A stretch of 64,000 nucleotides of DNA from Oscillospiraceae bacterium (GTDB lineage Bacteria > Bacillota > Clostridia > Oscillospirales > Ruminococcaceae): the NCBI GenBank assembly GCA_016296485.1, contig JAEDJF010000001.1, positions 1,438 to 65,437 of the forward strand, read 5' to 3'. The position numbers and the translations under genes were made by a program. Position 1 is the first letter of the stretch, and each line of letters opens with the position of its first letter. Positions 53,079-61,549 of the stretch are shown piece by piece. The notes below the pieces were generated by a model. It was given only the letters and a program-made list of their open reading frames with translations. It was not told where the DNA came from and searched no databases.

Positions 53079-53828
53079 TCATATTTTTACCGCAACGAAA
53101 ATTGCCCTCTGGCTGTCCTTTCGGAGGGGGAGGAAACTGTCCTCATCGAAAACGGCTTTTACTTCAAAACCGGTATCTGAAAGGAGCTTTTTAAGGAAAT
53201 CAATTTCGTACGCCCTTTCCGAAAAGTCCGTACTGTATCGGTAATAGGAATCGCTCTCCTCGTCTTTGTCGAAAAAGTCAAGAGAGATGTCAACCGTGAC
53301 TCCGTCGTCGTCAAGGCTGTTTTGCCAGGCGCAGAAGGTATCCCCGGATTCATAAACAAAGCAGTTGTTTCCGAGAACTTCCCTGTGTTTATAAACCGTA
53401 TTTACGTCAAAAACGAAAACAGCCCCCTTATTTGAAAAGAGGGAAACTCTTCTGAATACTTCCCGAAGCCGGTCCTCATCTGTGATATGGTTGAGGCTGT
53501 CAAGAGCGCAAACCGTCGCGTCAATGGTTCCGAAAAGGTCGAGCTCGTCCATCTCCTGGCAGAGGAAAAGAACGCCGCTGTCAAGCTCGCCGCGCTTTTC
53601 CGCCGCCACCGACAGCATTTCGTAGGAATTATCCACCGCAACTATATCGTACCCAAATGGCTCCAGCGCGAAGCTTAGGGAACCGGTGCCGCAGGCAAGG
53701 TCCAAAAGGAGATTCGCTCCGGGATTATATTTTTGGATTACCGTATCAAAATAACGTGCCCGGGCAGGATAATCCACGTTTGACGTGAATTTATCGTAGA
53801 ACCGGGCAAAATCACCGTAATAACTCAT
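53079..53828 (-). CDS. class I SAM-dependent methyltransferase
   Basis: Motif I LLDLACGTGSLS, 249 aa. Confidence 0.8.
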   Translation of the reverse strand: MSYYGDFARFYDKFTSNVDYPARARYFDTVIQKYNPGANLLLDLACGTGSLSFALEPFGYDIVAVDNSYEMLSVAAEKRGELDSGVLFLCQEMDELDLFGTIDATVCALDSLNHITDEDRLREVFRRVSLFSNKGAVFVFDVNTVYKHREVLGNNCFVYESGDTFCAWQNSLDDDGVTVDISLDFFDKDEESDSYYRYSTDFSERAYEIDFLKKLLSDTGFEVKAVFDEDSFLPLRKDSQRAIFVAVKI

Positions 53829-54127
53829 TTTTTATCTTCGAGACGGCTGAACACAAGAGCGTATCCGCCGCAGGAGTCATAATCTTCGGAGAGAGAGCGG
53901 TTTACGCGGCTGATTGTTGCCGTGGACGCTCCGGTTTCCTCCACAATGTCGTTATAAACCCTGTGCTCGGAAAGCATTTTAGCAACGTGAAAACGCTGAG
54001 AGAGGGTTTTAAGCTCCGGAACCGTGCAAAGGTCGCGGAAAAAGCTATAACATTCCTCTTTATTCTCAAGAGTAAGTATAGCATCAAAAAGGTAATCCAA
54101 ACCTTCGTCCTTAAGGCGTTTGTTCAT
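53825..54127 (-). CDS. YerC/YecD family TrpR-like DNA-binding protein
   Basis: 100 aa, LENKEECYSFFRDLCTVPELKTLSQRFHVAKML...GASTATISRVNRSL, the family signature. Confidence 0.85.
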   Translation of the reverse strand: MNKRLKDEGLDYLFDAILTLENKEECYSFFRDLCTVPELKTLSQRFHVAKMLSEHRVYNDIVEETGASTATISRVNRSLSEDYDSCGGYALVFSRLEDKK

Positions 54128-54366
54128 AAAATCAAATCACTCCAAGCGGTTATTTTACTGACCTAATCTCAGCTTTTTTATTTTACCAGTTTAGAGTATG
54201 AAAATCAATAGATAAATTATAAAATTATTTAAAACTTTAATAGGTTAATATGCATAAGTAATTTAAAAATTGATATACAAAAGCCTTTATTTGTGATAAA
54301 ATAATTTAAGTATAGTGCAAAAGCTTCCCGCGTATAAATTCTATATCGAAGGGGGAGTGCATCGTA

Positions 54367-55086
54367 TTGAAATATATCGTTTTTAAGGCTTTGCTTTTTA
54401 CGCTTGCCGCCTTTTTTATAATTATTGCGCCTTTTCTTTATCTTCCGGAAAATGAATTTATTCCGGTGAACGCGCTTCAAAATTCCGAAGAGAAAAATGT
54501 AATTATTCTTGACGCCGGTCACGGAGGCGAGGACGGCGGCGCTGTCGGCGTCGGCGGAATTATTGAAAAAGAAATTAACCTTTCCGTTACGCTTAAAACG
54601 GGGCGGTTTCTGCGGCTCCTGGGGTACGATACGGTATTTACAAGAACCGACGACGTAATGACCTGCGACGAGGGGCTCGGTTCGCTTCGGGCGAGGAAAG
54701 TATCCGATATTAAAAACCGGCTTGCGCTCCTCGACGGTACTGACTGTCTTTGTTTCATATCCATACACCAGAACTTTTTCGGCGGTGACGCAAGGGGTGC
54801 CCAGATGTTTTACAGCGGGAACAACCCGGAAAGCAAAGCCCTCGCCGAAGCTCTCCAAAGCGGAATCGCAGGAATGCTCCAGCCGGAAAACAAAAGAGTC
54901 ATAAAACAGGCTACCGACGACATCTATATTTTGTACCACACTAAAAAGGTAGCGGTTCTCGCCGAGTGCGGTTTTATTTCAAACAGCGGCGAAGCCGCTC
55001 TTTTGAGCGACGAAAACTATCAGAATAAAATGGCCTTTGCCATTTCTTTTTCAGCAGCAAAACACCTTACCGAAAAGGAAGTTTAA
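54367..55086 (+). CDS. cwlD: N-acetylmuramoyl-L-alanine amidase, CwlD-like (germination-specific)
   Basis: N-terminal TM helix and an Amidase_3 core (ILDAGHGGEDGGAVG, ISIHQN, AECGFISN). Size and architecture match CwlD. Confidence 0.8.
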   Translation: MKYIVFKALLFTLAAFFIIIAPFLYLPENEFIPVNALQNSEEKNVIILDAGHGGEDGGAVGVGGIIEKEINLSVTLKTGRFLRLLGYDTVFTRTDDVMTCDEGLGSLRARKVSDIKNRLALLDGTDCLCFISIHQNFFGGDARGAQMFYSGNNPESKALAEALQSGIAGMLQPENKRVIKQATDDIYILYHTKKVAVLAECGFISNSGEAALLSDENYQNKMAFAISFSAAKHLTEKEV

Positions 55087-55090
55087 TGAA

Positions 55091-56485
55091 ATGGGAAAAC
55101 TCAAATCTATTTACGTATGCTCATCCTGCGGTTATGAATCGCCCAAATGGTACGGGAAATGCCCCGAATGCGGCGATTGGAATACCTTTACCGAAGAGGT
55201 CCGGACAGAGGAACTGCCCTCAAAACAGAAAACCGCAGGTCTTGTTGAGGAACCTGCGGCGGACTCCGTTATGAGCATTTCCGATGTACTGGTTGAGGAC
55301 GAATACCGCTACGTAACGGGGATTTCCGAGCTTGACCGGGTGCTCGGCGGCGGAATAGTTAAAGGCTCCGTCACCCTTCTCGGCGGCGACCCTGGAATAG
55401 GGAAGTCCACAATGCTGCTCCAAATCTGCGGCAGGCTTTGCGATAAAATGAAAATCCTTTACGTTTCCGGCGAAGAGAGCAAAGCGCAGCTCAAGCTGCG
55501 CGCGAAGCGCCTCGGCGTATCGAGCAAAAATCTGCTCGTTGCGCCTTATACCGATCTCGGACAGGTTATTAACGCCATCACAACCGAAAATCCCGATATG
55601 GTTATGATAGATTCTATCCAGACGATGAATTTTTCAGCCATTTCTTCTTCCAGCGGAAGCGTTACACAGGTTAAGGAGTGTACCTCCATACTCACTAAAA
55701 TCGCGAAAAACGTAGAAATTCCGGTAATCATCGTAGGTCACGTCAATAAGGACGGCGCCATCGCCGGACCGAAAGTGATGGAGCACATAGTTGACACCGT
55801 TCTCTATTTCGAGGGCGAGCGGACTATGAGCTACCGGATACTTCGGGCTGTAAAAAACCGTTTCGGTTCCACCAACGAAATCGGCGTTTTTGCTATGGAT
55901 GAGAACGGTCTAAAAGAGGTCGAAAACCCTTCCACAGCGCTTCTTTCTGAACGACCGACCAACGTCTCGGGTACCTGCGTAAGCTGCATTATAGAGGGCA
56001 CCAGACCGATTTTCGCCGAGGTTCAGGCTCTCGTAGCCAAAACCGGCTTTGGCGTTCCGCGCCGCACTTCCACCGGTTTTGATTTAAACCGCACCGCGCT
56101 GCTCATCGCCGTGCTCGAAAAGCGCGCCGGGTACTATTTCGGAAGTATGGACACATACATAAACGTCATCGGCGGTCTTAAACTGGACGAGCCCGCCGCC
56201 GACCTTGCGGTGGCTATTGCGCTTATTTCGAGCCTTACGGACACCGTAGTGGACAGCAGTATTGTCGCTTTCGGCGAGGTCGGCCTTGGCGGCGAACTTC
56301 GGAGCGTTTCCCACGCTGAAAGCAGAATTAAAGAAGCTGAAAAACTCGGTTTTTCCGAAATAATTTTGCCGAAACAATGTATCGACAAGCTTTCAAAAAA
56401 TGATTACAGCATCAAATTAAGCGGCGTTTCAAATGTCAGCGAGGCGTTTTCCGTTATAAAAAGAAAAGAGGGAAGACCCGAATGA
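55091..56485 (+). CDS. radA: DNA repair protein RadA
   Basis: N-terminal Zn ribbon CSSCGYESPKWYGKCPECGDW, Walker A GGDPGIGKST, KNRFG motif and a Lon-like C-terminal domain. Confidence 0.95.
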   Translation: MGKLKSIYVCSSCGYESPKWYGKCPECGDWNTFTEEVRTEELPSKQKTAGLVEEPAADSVMSISDVLVEDEYRYVTGISELDRVLGGGIVKGSVTLLGGDPGIGKSTMLLQICGRLCDKMKILYVSGEESKAQLKLRAKRLGVSSKNLLVAPYTDLGQVINAITTENPDMVMIDSIQTMNFSAISSSSGSVTQVKECTSILTKIAKNVEIPVIIVGHVNKDGAIAGPKVMEHIVDTVLYFEGERTMSYRILRAVKNRFGSTNEIGVFAMDENGLKEVENPSTALLSERPTNVSGTCVSCIIEGTRPIFAEVQALVAKTGFGVPRRTSTGFDLNRTALLIAVLEKRAGYYFGSMDTYINVIGGLKLDEPAADLAVAIALISSLTDTVVDSSIVAFGEVGLGGELRSVSHAESRIKEAEKLGFSEIILPKQCIDKLSKNDYSIKLSGVSNVSEAFSVIKRKEGRPE

Positions 56486-57234
56486 ATTATATTGAAAAGC
56501 CCAATTTTCCTAAAGGCAGGGTCGTTGCCGCCGCAGTATCGGCTGAAGCCAAAGACGTGTGCGCAGCTCTCGAATCCGCGAAAATAGCCGTTGTTCCCGT
56601 GGACCCGTGCTCAAATCTTCCGGATGGAATAGCTTCACACGCTGATTTGCAGCTTCTTCACCTCGGAGGAAACAGAATCATTACTTCGTCGTGCTCAAAA
56701 GAGTGTGCCGATATGCTAAACGCTTTCGGCTTTGAAACGGAGGAGGCGGAGAACGGCTTAAGCCAAAATTACCCCTATGACTGCATTATAAATGTCGGAA
56801 TAATAGGAAATAAGATTATAATGAACCCCAAAACCGCCGACCGAAAGCTTATAGAATATATTGACGAGCACAATATGGAAATAATTGGCGTTAATCAGGG
56901 GTATTCAAAATGCTCGGCGCTGGCGGTCTGTGACGACGCCATCATAACAGCCGACGCCGGAATAGCGAAAGCTGTCGAAAGCCACGGCATTGAAGTTCTT
57001 TTAATTAAAGAAGGCGGAATATATCTTAAAGGCTACGACAGTGGATTTATCGGCGGTTGCGGGGGAATGGTCGAAGAAAAAATCCTCGGTACCAGCGGAG
57101 ATTTAAAATCTCTCAAAAGAAACGATTACGAAAATATAAAAGATTTTCTTCGGAACAGAAATATTTATGCCGAAAACCTCGGAGGGAAAACTCTTTGTGA
57201 CGTTGGCGGAATTTTGCCGCTCTGCGAAGAATAA
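56482..57234 (+). CDS. conserved hypothetical protein, translationally coupled to radA
   Basis: 250 aa with an ATGA overlap with the radA stop. No motif I can assign with confidence. From memory it resembles the clostridial family annotated DUF6873 (GME-fold), which needs verification. Confidence 0.5.
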   Translation: MNYIEKPNFPKGRVVAAAVSAEAKDVCAALESAKIAVVPVDPCSNLPDGIASHADLQLLHLGGNRIITSSCSKECADMLNAFGFETEEAENGLSQNYPYDCIINVGIIGNKIIMNPKTADRKLIEYIDEHNMEIIGVNQGYSKCSALAVCDDAIITADAGIAKAVESHGIEVLLIKEGGIYLKGYDSGFIGGCGGMVEEKILGTSGDLKSLKRNDYENIKDFLRNRNIYAENLGGKTLCDVGGILPLCEE

Positions 57235-57295
57235 CCGAGCACTGCCAAAAGTCCGGAGGACAGGAGCTTGCGGGCTCTGAAAAACGATACACACA

Positions 57296-57323
57296 ATTTC
57301 GCTAAATAGAAATTTAGCGAAAT
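57296..57323 (+). other. perfect 12-bp inverted repeat upstream of the recombinase gene
   Basis: ATTTCGCTAAAT, AGAA, ATTTAGCGAAAT, ending 20 nt before the TTG start. Confidence 0.5.
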
Positions 57324-57343
57324 AGAGGGGAGCGAAAAAGCGT

Positions 57344-58339
57344 TTGAAAAAGGATTATCTTAACGACTGTCCGGATTACCTTAAAGATTTCTTATTCTAT
57401 ATGGAAACCATTAAAGGACGTTCTCCGCGTACCGTTGACGGATATTATATCGACCTGCGCTCATTCATAAGATTCTTGATGATAAAAAACTCCGTTGTTT
57501 CAAGCGATTTGGATTATTCGGAAATAAAAATTGACTCTGCGGACTTTTCATTAATAAAAAACGCAACGCGCCAGGACGCTATGGAATTTCTGTCGGAATT
57601 TCAGCGCAACCACGACAACCAGGCTAAAGCCCGTTCACGCAAGGTTTCAGCGATTCGTTCATTTTATAAATATCTCACCGTATCCGCCGGAAAGCTTACA
57701 GAAAATCCGATGCTCAATTTGGAGACGCCTTCACTAAAAAAAGCGCTTCCGAAATTTCTCACGCTTGAACAGGCTTTAGAGCTTCTTACGCACGTTGAAA
57801 CCAATTTTACCGAACGGGACTACTGCATTATAACGCTGTTTTTAAACTGCGGAATGCGGCTTTCCGAGCTTTGTGGAATCAATATTTCCGACATTCACGA
57901 CAACCGTCTGAAGCTGCTCGGCAAAGGCAACAAAGAAAGAATCGTTTATCTCAACAATTCCTGCCTTACAGCCATTGACAATTATCTCGCCGTGCTCAAT
58001 TCCGGAGAAAAAATTAAGCGCGTCGATAAAAACGCGCTCTTTCTCAACAACCGCGGCCAAAGAATCGGTCCGCGGCGCGTTGAGCAAATCGTTGAAGAAT
58101 GTCTCCAAAAAGCCGGCCTTGGCGGAATGGGAATTTCTCCGCATAAACTTCGCCACACCGCGGCGACGCTGCTTTATCAGGACGCCGGGGTTGATATTCG
58201 GGTTTTGAAAGAGCTCCTTGGTCATGAAAGCCTTTCGACCACGGAAATTTACACTCACGTCAGCAACCGCCAGATTGAGGACGCTTCCAACAAATCTCCG
58301 CTAAAAAACGTGCGTCAAAAAAAGTCAGAAAAAACTTGA
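57344..58339 (+). CDS. tyrosine recombinase, XerC/XerD family
   Basis: SAM-like N-domain and a catalytic C-domain with R...HKLRHTAAT...LGHESLSTTEIYTHV (R-H-R-Y signature). Confidence 0.85.
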   Translation: MKKDYLNDCPDYLKDFLFYMETIKGRSPRTVDGYYIDLRSFIRFLMIKNSVVSSDLDYSEIKIDSADFSLIKNATRQDAMEFLSEFQRNHDNQAKARSRKVSAIRSFYKYLTVSAGKLTENPMLNLETPSLKKALPKFLTLEQALELLTHVETNFTERDYCIITLFLNCGMRLSELCGINISDIHDNRLKLLGKGNKERIVYLNNSCLTAIDNYLAVLNSGEKIKRVDKNALFLNNRGQRIGPRRVEQIVEECLQKAGLGGMGISPHKLRHTAATLLYQDAGVDIRVLKELLGHESLSTTEIYTHVSNRQIEDASNKSPLKNVRQKKSEKT

Positions 58340-58897
58340 CGCAAACACGGAAAAAACCGAAAAAACAGCAAAAGCAGCCGTAAAAGCTATGTACTTTACA
58401 GTTAGGTTTTTAGCATTATAACGCGGTTTTTCTGCTGCGTCCGACTTAAGGCTGACACAGATTTTTCTTGCGGAGGCAAAGGCGTTTTCGGACATTATAA
58501 GCAATAAAAACCCTATAAAAACAGTAAAAGTAAAATACTCTAAAAGTGCCGAAACAAAAAAATCCGTTCCGCCGAAGCTGAAATTTACGGCGTTTTTAAG
58601 CCCGTAAATCGCTCCGTCACTGAAAACGGCAATCCCGGCAGTTACTTGTCCCGCCGCGCTGAATCCGGAGAGATAAAGCGCAGTTATAATTATAAACGGA
58701 AGAGTAAATTTATCTATAAAGCCGATATAAAAGTTTTCAGATTCCTTTGAAGTTATCTCATATATGCTTCTGCAAAGCTCGTTCGGAAGATATTTGAGCA
58801 CGGCGGTTCCGAAAACTATTCCGGCTATGAGCACGGCGCAGCTTATAATCAGGTATCTGTTCTTTTTTAAAGTTGCAAGTACTGTTTTTTTACTCAT
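58325..58897 (-). CDS. spoIIM: SpoIIM-like (stage II sporulation protein M family) membrane protein
   Basis: 190 aa with about 5 TM helices. The N-terminus resembles SpoIIM, and proximity to a xer gene is as in Bacillus. The 3' end overlaps the convergent recombinase gene by 15 nt. Confidence 0.5.
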   Translation of the reverse strand: MSKKTVLATLKKNRYLIISCAVLIAGIVFGTAVLKYLPNELCRSIYEITSKESENFYIGFIDKFTLPFIIITALYLSGFSAAGQVTAGIAVFSDGAIYGLKNAVNFSFGGTDFFVSALLEYFTFTVFIGFLLLIMSENAFASARKICVSLKSDAAEKPRYNAKNLTVKYIAFTAAFAVFSVFSVFASSFF

Positions 58898-58944
58898 TTT
58901 TTGTCTTGTCCCCTTCCCTTTCGTTCTCCCCTATTTTAATATAT

Positions 58945-58974
58945 AAAAAACAGGCTCCGGATATTCCGGAGCCT
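58945..58974 (-). terminator. intrinsic terminator after the SCIFF maturase gene
   Basis: The minus strand reads AGGCTCCGG, AATAT, CCGGAGCCT, G, TTTTTT. Confidence 0.8.
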
Positions 58975-58989
58975 TAAATTTTTATTACA

Positions 58990-60366
58990 TTATTTGTCAG
59001 CCATTGCGACCTTAATCATTATCGCGCATTCGACACGCTTTCTTTCGATGTCGCAGGAGAGCTTGACCGGCTTATTTATATCCTTATTGAAGGAATAGTT
59101 GTTGGCGTTGCAGCCGCCGGAACAATAGAATTTGCACCAGCAGTCCTTGCAGCCATCCTTGGTATAAATATTTGAGCACGCGAACTTATCCTTCATCTCG
59201 AGGTCCAGGGTTTCGTCCTCAAGGTTACCCATTTTCCATTCGTCGTGACCAACAAACTGGTGGCAGGGGTATATGTCGCCGTCGGGAGTTACGGAAACGT
59301 ATTCGTTTCCGCAGCCGCAGCCGCGCAGGCGCTTGATAGCGCAGGGACCCTGGTCAAGGTCTATCATAAAGTGGAAGAAGTTAAAGCAGCCTCCCTCCTC
59401 TTTTTTGCGGCGTATCATCTCTACTGCGAGCTTTTCGTACTCCTCATAGATTCTCGGGAGATCCTCCTCAGTAAGAGCGTAGGGTTCGCTGGGGTCCGCT
59501 ATTACGGGCTCGACGCTGAGCTGGTCGAAACCGAGGTCGTCGGCAATATGATATACGTCGTTAGCAAAATCGAGGTTGTTTTTAGTAAAAGTACCGCGTG
59601 CGTAGTATTCTTTATATTTCCCGTTTCTGCGCTTTTCAACGAGCTTTTGGAACTTCGGCACAAAAACATCGTAGCTTCCTCTTCCGCCCTCGGTCACGCG
59701 CATGGCGTCGTTTACGCATTTTCTTCCGTCGAGAGAGAGAACGACGTTGCTCATCTCCTCGTTGATAAAGTCAATGCTCTCGTCGTTAAGGAGCATTCCG
59801 TTGGTGGTGACGGTGAAGCGGAATTTCTTATTGTATTCTTCCTCTTTGCTTCTTGCGTAGGCGATTATTTCTTTAACCGCGTCCCAGTTCATCAGCGGCT
59901 CGCCTCCGAAGAAGTCGAGCTCAAGGTTGTGCCTGCTTCCGGAATGGGTCAGCAAAAAGTCGATTGCTTTTTTACCGGTTTCTACGGGCATCAGCTTGCG
60001 TCCCTTGCCGAAGTCGCCGGTTGAAGCAAAGCAGTATTTGCAGCGAAGGTTGCAGTCGTGGGAAATGTGAAGGCACATTGATTTAATGGGCGCGCCCTTC
60101 ATCATGCAAGTGAAACGCTCGTAGTCGTCCTCGCTGAAAAGCTGTCCGGAGTTTTGAAGGCTTAAAAGTTCGGAATAGATCTCCTTTATTTCCGATTCGG
60201 AAGCCTCAGAGGAAAACTCCTCCACAAGCCACTCGGGGCAGTTTTCATCGAGTTTATCGGAAAATTTATTGAGGATTTTATAAGTAAGCTCGTCCAGAAC
60301 GTGAACCGCACCGGAGTTTACGTCAAGAGCGATATAATATCCGTTAAGATAAAAAGTATGTACCAT
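58990..60366 (-). CDS. radical SAM/SPASM thioether-forming maturase for the SCIFF peptide
   Basis: Start at MVHTFYLNGYY behind GGAGAA. Radical SAM CNLRCKYC (Cx3Cx2C) and a C-terminal Cys-rich SPASM region (CGCGNEY...YPCHQF...CKDCWCKFYCSGGC). Immediately downstream of a SCIFF precursor. Confidence 0.9.
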   Translation of the reverse strand: MVHTFYLNGYYIALDVNSGAVHVLDELTYKILNKFSDKLDENCPEWLVEEFSSEASESEIKEIYSELLSLQNSGQLFSEDDYERFTCMMKGAPIKSMCLHISHDCNLRCKYCFASTGDFGKGRKLMPVETGKKAIDFLLTHSGSRHNLELDFFGGEPLMNWDAVKEIIAYARSKEEEYNKKFRFTVTTNGMLLNDESIDFINEEMSNVVLSLDGRKCVNDAMRVTEGGRGSYDVFVPKFQKLVEKRRNGKYKEYYARGTFTKNNLDFANDVYHIADDLGFDQLSVEPVIADPSEPYALTEEDLPRIYEEYEKLAVEMIRRKKEEGGCFNFFHFMIDLDQGPCAIKRLRGCGCGNEYVSVTPDGDIYPCHQFVGHDEWKMGNLEDETLDLEMKDKFACSNIYTKDGCKDCWCKFYCSGGCNANNYSFNKDINKPVKLSCDIERKRVECAIMIKVAMADK

Positions 60367-60379
60367 TTTGATTTTCTCC

Positions 60380-60415
60380 AAAAAAAGCGGGCACGCCAAG
60401 CGTTTGCGTGCCCGC
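60380..60415 (-). terminator. intrinsic terminator/attenuator between the SCIFF precursor and its maturase
   Basis: The minus strand reads GCGGGCACGC, AAACGCTTG, GCGTGCCCGC, TTTTTTT. It lies 24 nt after the peptide stop and 14 nt before the maturase start. Confidence 0.8.
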
Positions 60416-60438
60416 AAATTAATTACAAGTCTTAAAAA

Positions 60439-60597
60439 TTATTTGCCTGCTTTGCGGGACTCGTTCTCGCACTCCTGGTTAGCAACGGTGCAGGAAGTTT
60501 TGCAAGCAGACTGGCAGGAAGCCTGGCACTCGCCGCAGCCGCCTTTTGCGCAGGATTCTTTAAGATTCGCGTTGTTGACAGTTTTAATGTGTTCCAT
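60439..60597 (-). CDS. SCIFF (six-cysteines-in-forty-five) ranthipeptide precursor
   Basis: A hand-translated 52-codon minus-strand ORF that is absent from the ORF track: MEHIKTVNNANLKESCAKGGCGECQASCQSACKTSCTVANQECENESRKAGK. SD GGGAGG lies 8 nt upstream. The GGCGECQxSCQSACKTSC core is the SCIFF family signature. Confidence 0.9.
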   Translation of the reverse strand: MEHIKTVNNANLKESCAKGGCGECQASCQSACKTSCTVANQECENESRKAGK

Positions 60598-60636
60598 TAT
60601 ATTATCCTCCCGAAAAATAACTATTTTAATATAAAG

Positions 60637-60665
60637 AGTATAACATATTATTTCGGTACTTGCAA
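60637..60665 (-). promoter_or_regulatory. sigma-A promoter of the SCIFF operon
   Basis: Minus strand: TTGCAA, a 17-nt spacer, then TATACT, about 40 nt upstream of the SCIFF start. Confidence 0.6.
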
Positions 60666-60676
60666 CAGTTTTCTTA

Positions 60677-61048
60677 CTAATTAACGCCTATAATTCCGCC
60701 GAAAGCTCCGGCAGTAATTATAAGAGCCGCTTTTATAAGGGCGGCGGGTCCGAAATCGCCTATACTGAAAAGCCCGCCCAGCGACCACGCCACAAGAAAA
60801 AATATAACCCCGGATACGGCGCCGCAAAGAAGACCCTTTTGCGACGAAATTTTTGCGGAGGAAAACCCGCCGCAAAATCCGCCGAATATGAGCGAAAAAA
60901 TAGCCATCGGCGATATTATCATCGCCGGAATATTCCCTATTGAAAGTATCGCCGCCATAACGAACGTCGCCGCCGCTGAAAGCAGCATTCCTATTCCTGC
61001 GCCGATTGCGGAGCTCTTTGCCAATTTGGCGAAATTTATTTCAGACAT
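60677..61048 (-). CDS. small glycine-rich integral membrane protein (TIGR04086-like, from memory)
   Basis: 123 aa with four predicted TM helices rich in G/A/I (GAGIGMLLSAAATFVMAAIL, FGGFCGGFSS). No enzymatic motif. Confidence 0.6.
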   Translation of the reverse strand: MSEINFAKLAKSSAIGAGIGMLLSAAATFVMAAILSIGNIPAMIISPMAIFSLIFGGFCGGFSSAKISSQKGLLCGAVSGVIFFLVAWSLGGLFSIGDFGPAALIKAALIITAGAFGGIIGVN

Positions 61049-61108
61049 AAAAACGCCCCTTTCAAAATTCCTTAATAAGAATATTCAAAAGGGGCGCGAT
61101 TTATTCAA

Positions 61109-61456
61109 TTATTTCTTTTCGGCTTCCGCTTTTTCTTTTTCGCTGATGTTCTGTGCAACAGCCCATTTTGCGATGCGGAGTTTGCTTCTGTCGCTTCCGG
61201 TTTCGATAACGAGAGTGTCTTCTTTAATGGAAACAACTCGTCCGATAATGCCGCCGGCGGTGACGATTTCGTCGCCGATGTCGAGATTTTCTCTCATCGC
61301 TCTGTCCGCTTTGTCCTTTTTCTGCTGGGGACGAATGAGGAGAAAATAGAAAACGATAACAACTACGATAAGCGGAGCAAAGCTGATTATGGTCTCAAGA
61401 AGAGTGCTGCCGCCCTCGGCTGCCGCTTCGGTTGATGCTGTAAGGAATTGGGTCAT
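61109..61456 (-). CDS. yajC: preprotein translocase subunit YajC
   Basis: One TM helix followed by FYFLLIRPQQKK and GDEIVTAGGIIGRV motifs. Confidence 0.9.
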   Translation of the reverse strand: MTQFLTASTEAAAEGGSTLLETIISFAPLIVVVIVFYFLLIRPQQKKDKADRAMRENLDIGDEIVTAGGIIGRVVSIKEDTLVIETGSDRSKLRIAKWAVAQNISEKEKAEAEKK

Positions 61457-61549
61457 TTTTGTACCTCCAAAATATTTATATTAATATTATAAAAGAAAAA
61501 CTTTTTCCGTCAATAGAGAAAATGTTAAATTTTATCTTCTCTTTTGCTA

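Noticed and set aside
54128-54366. AT-rich 240-nt divergent region between yerC and cwlD, checked for a small RNA or ORF and for forespore/mother-cell promoters (GTATA-15-GCGTATAAAT)
   Set aside because: Only trivial ORFs of 5 codons or fewer are present, and there are no stable hairpins. The sporulation-sigma match is partial and cannot be supported without experimental start-site data.
57344-58339. Tyrosine recombinase as a marker of an integrated mobile element
   Set aside because: Its Xer-like domain organisation, the absence of flanking phage or transposon genes or att-like repeats, and proximity to a spoIIM-like gene (as xerD has in Bacillus) all point to a chromosomal dimer-resolution type recombinase.
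60368-60634. 88-aa + strand ORF in the SCIFF region
   Set aside because: It is antisense to a strongly supported SCIFF precursor with SD, promoter and family signature. The + strand ORF has no SD and runs through the terminator hairpin.
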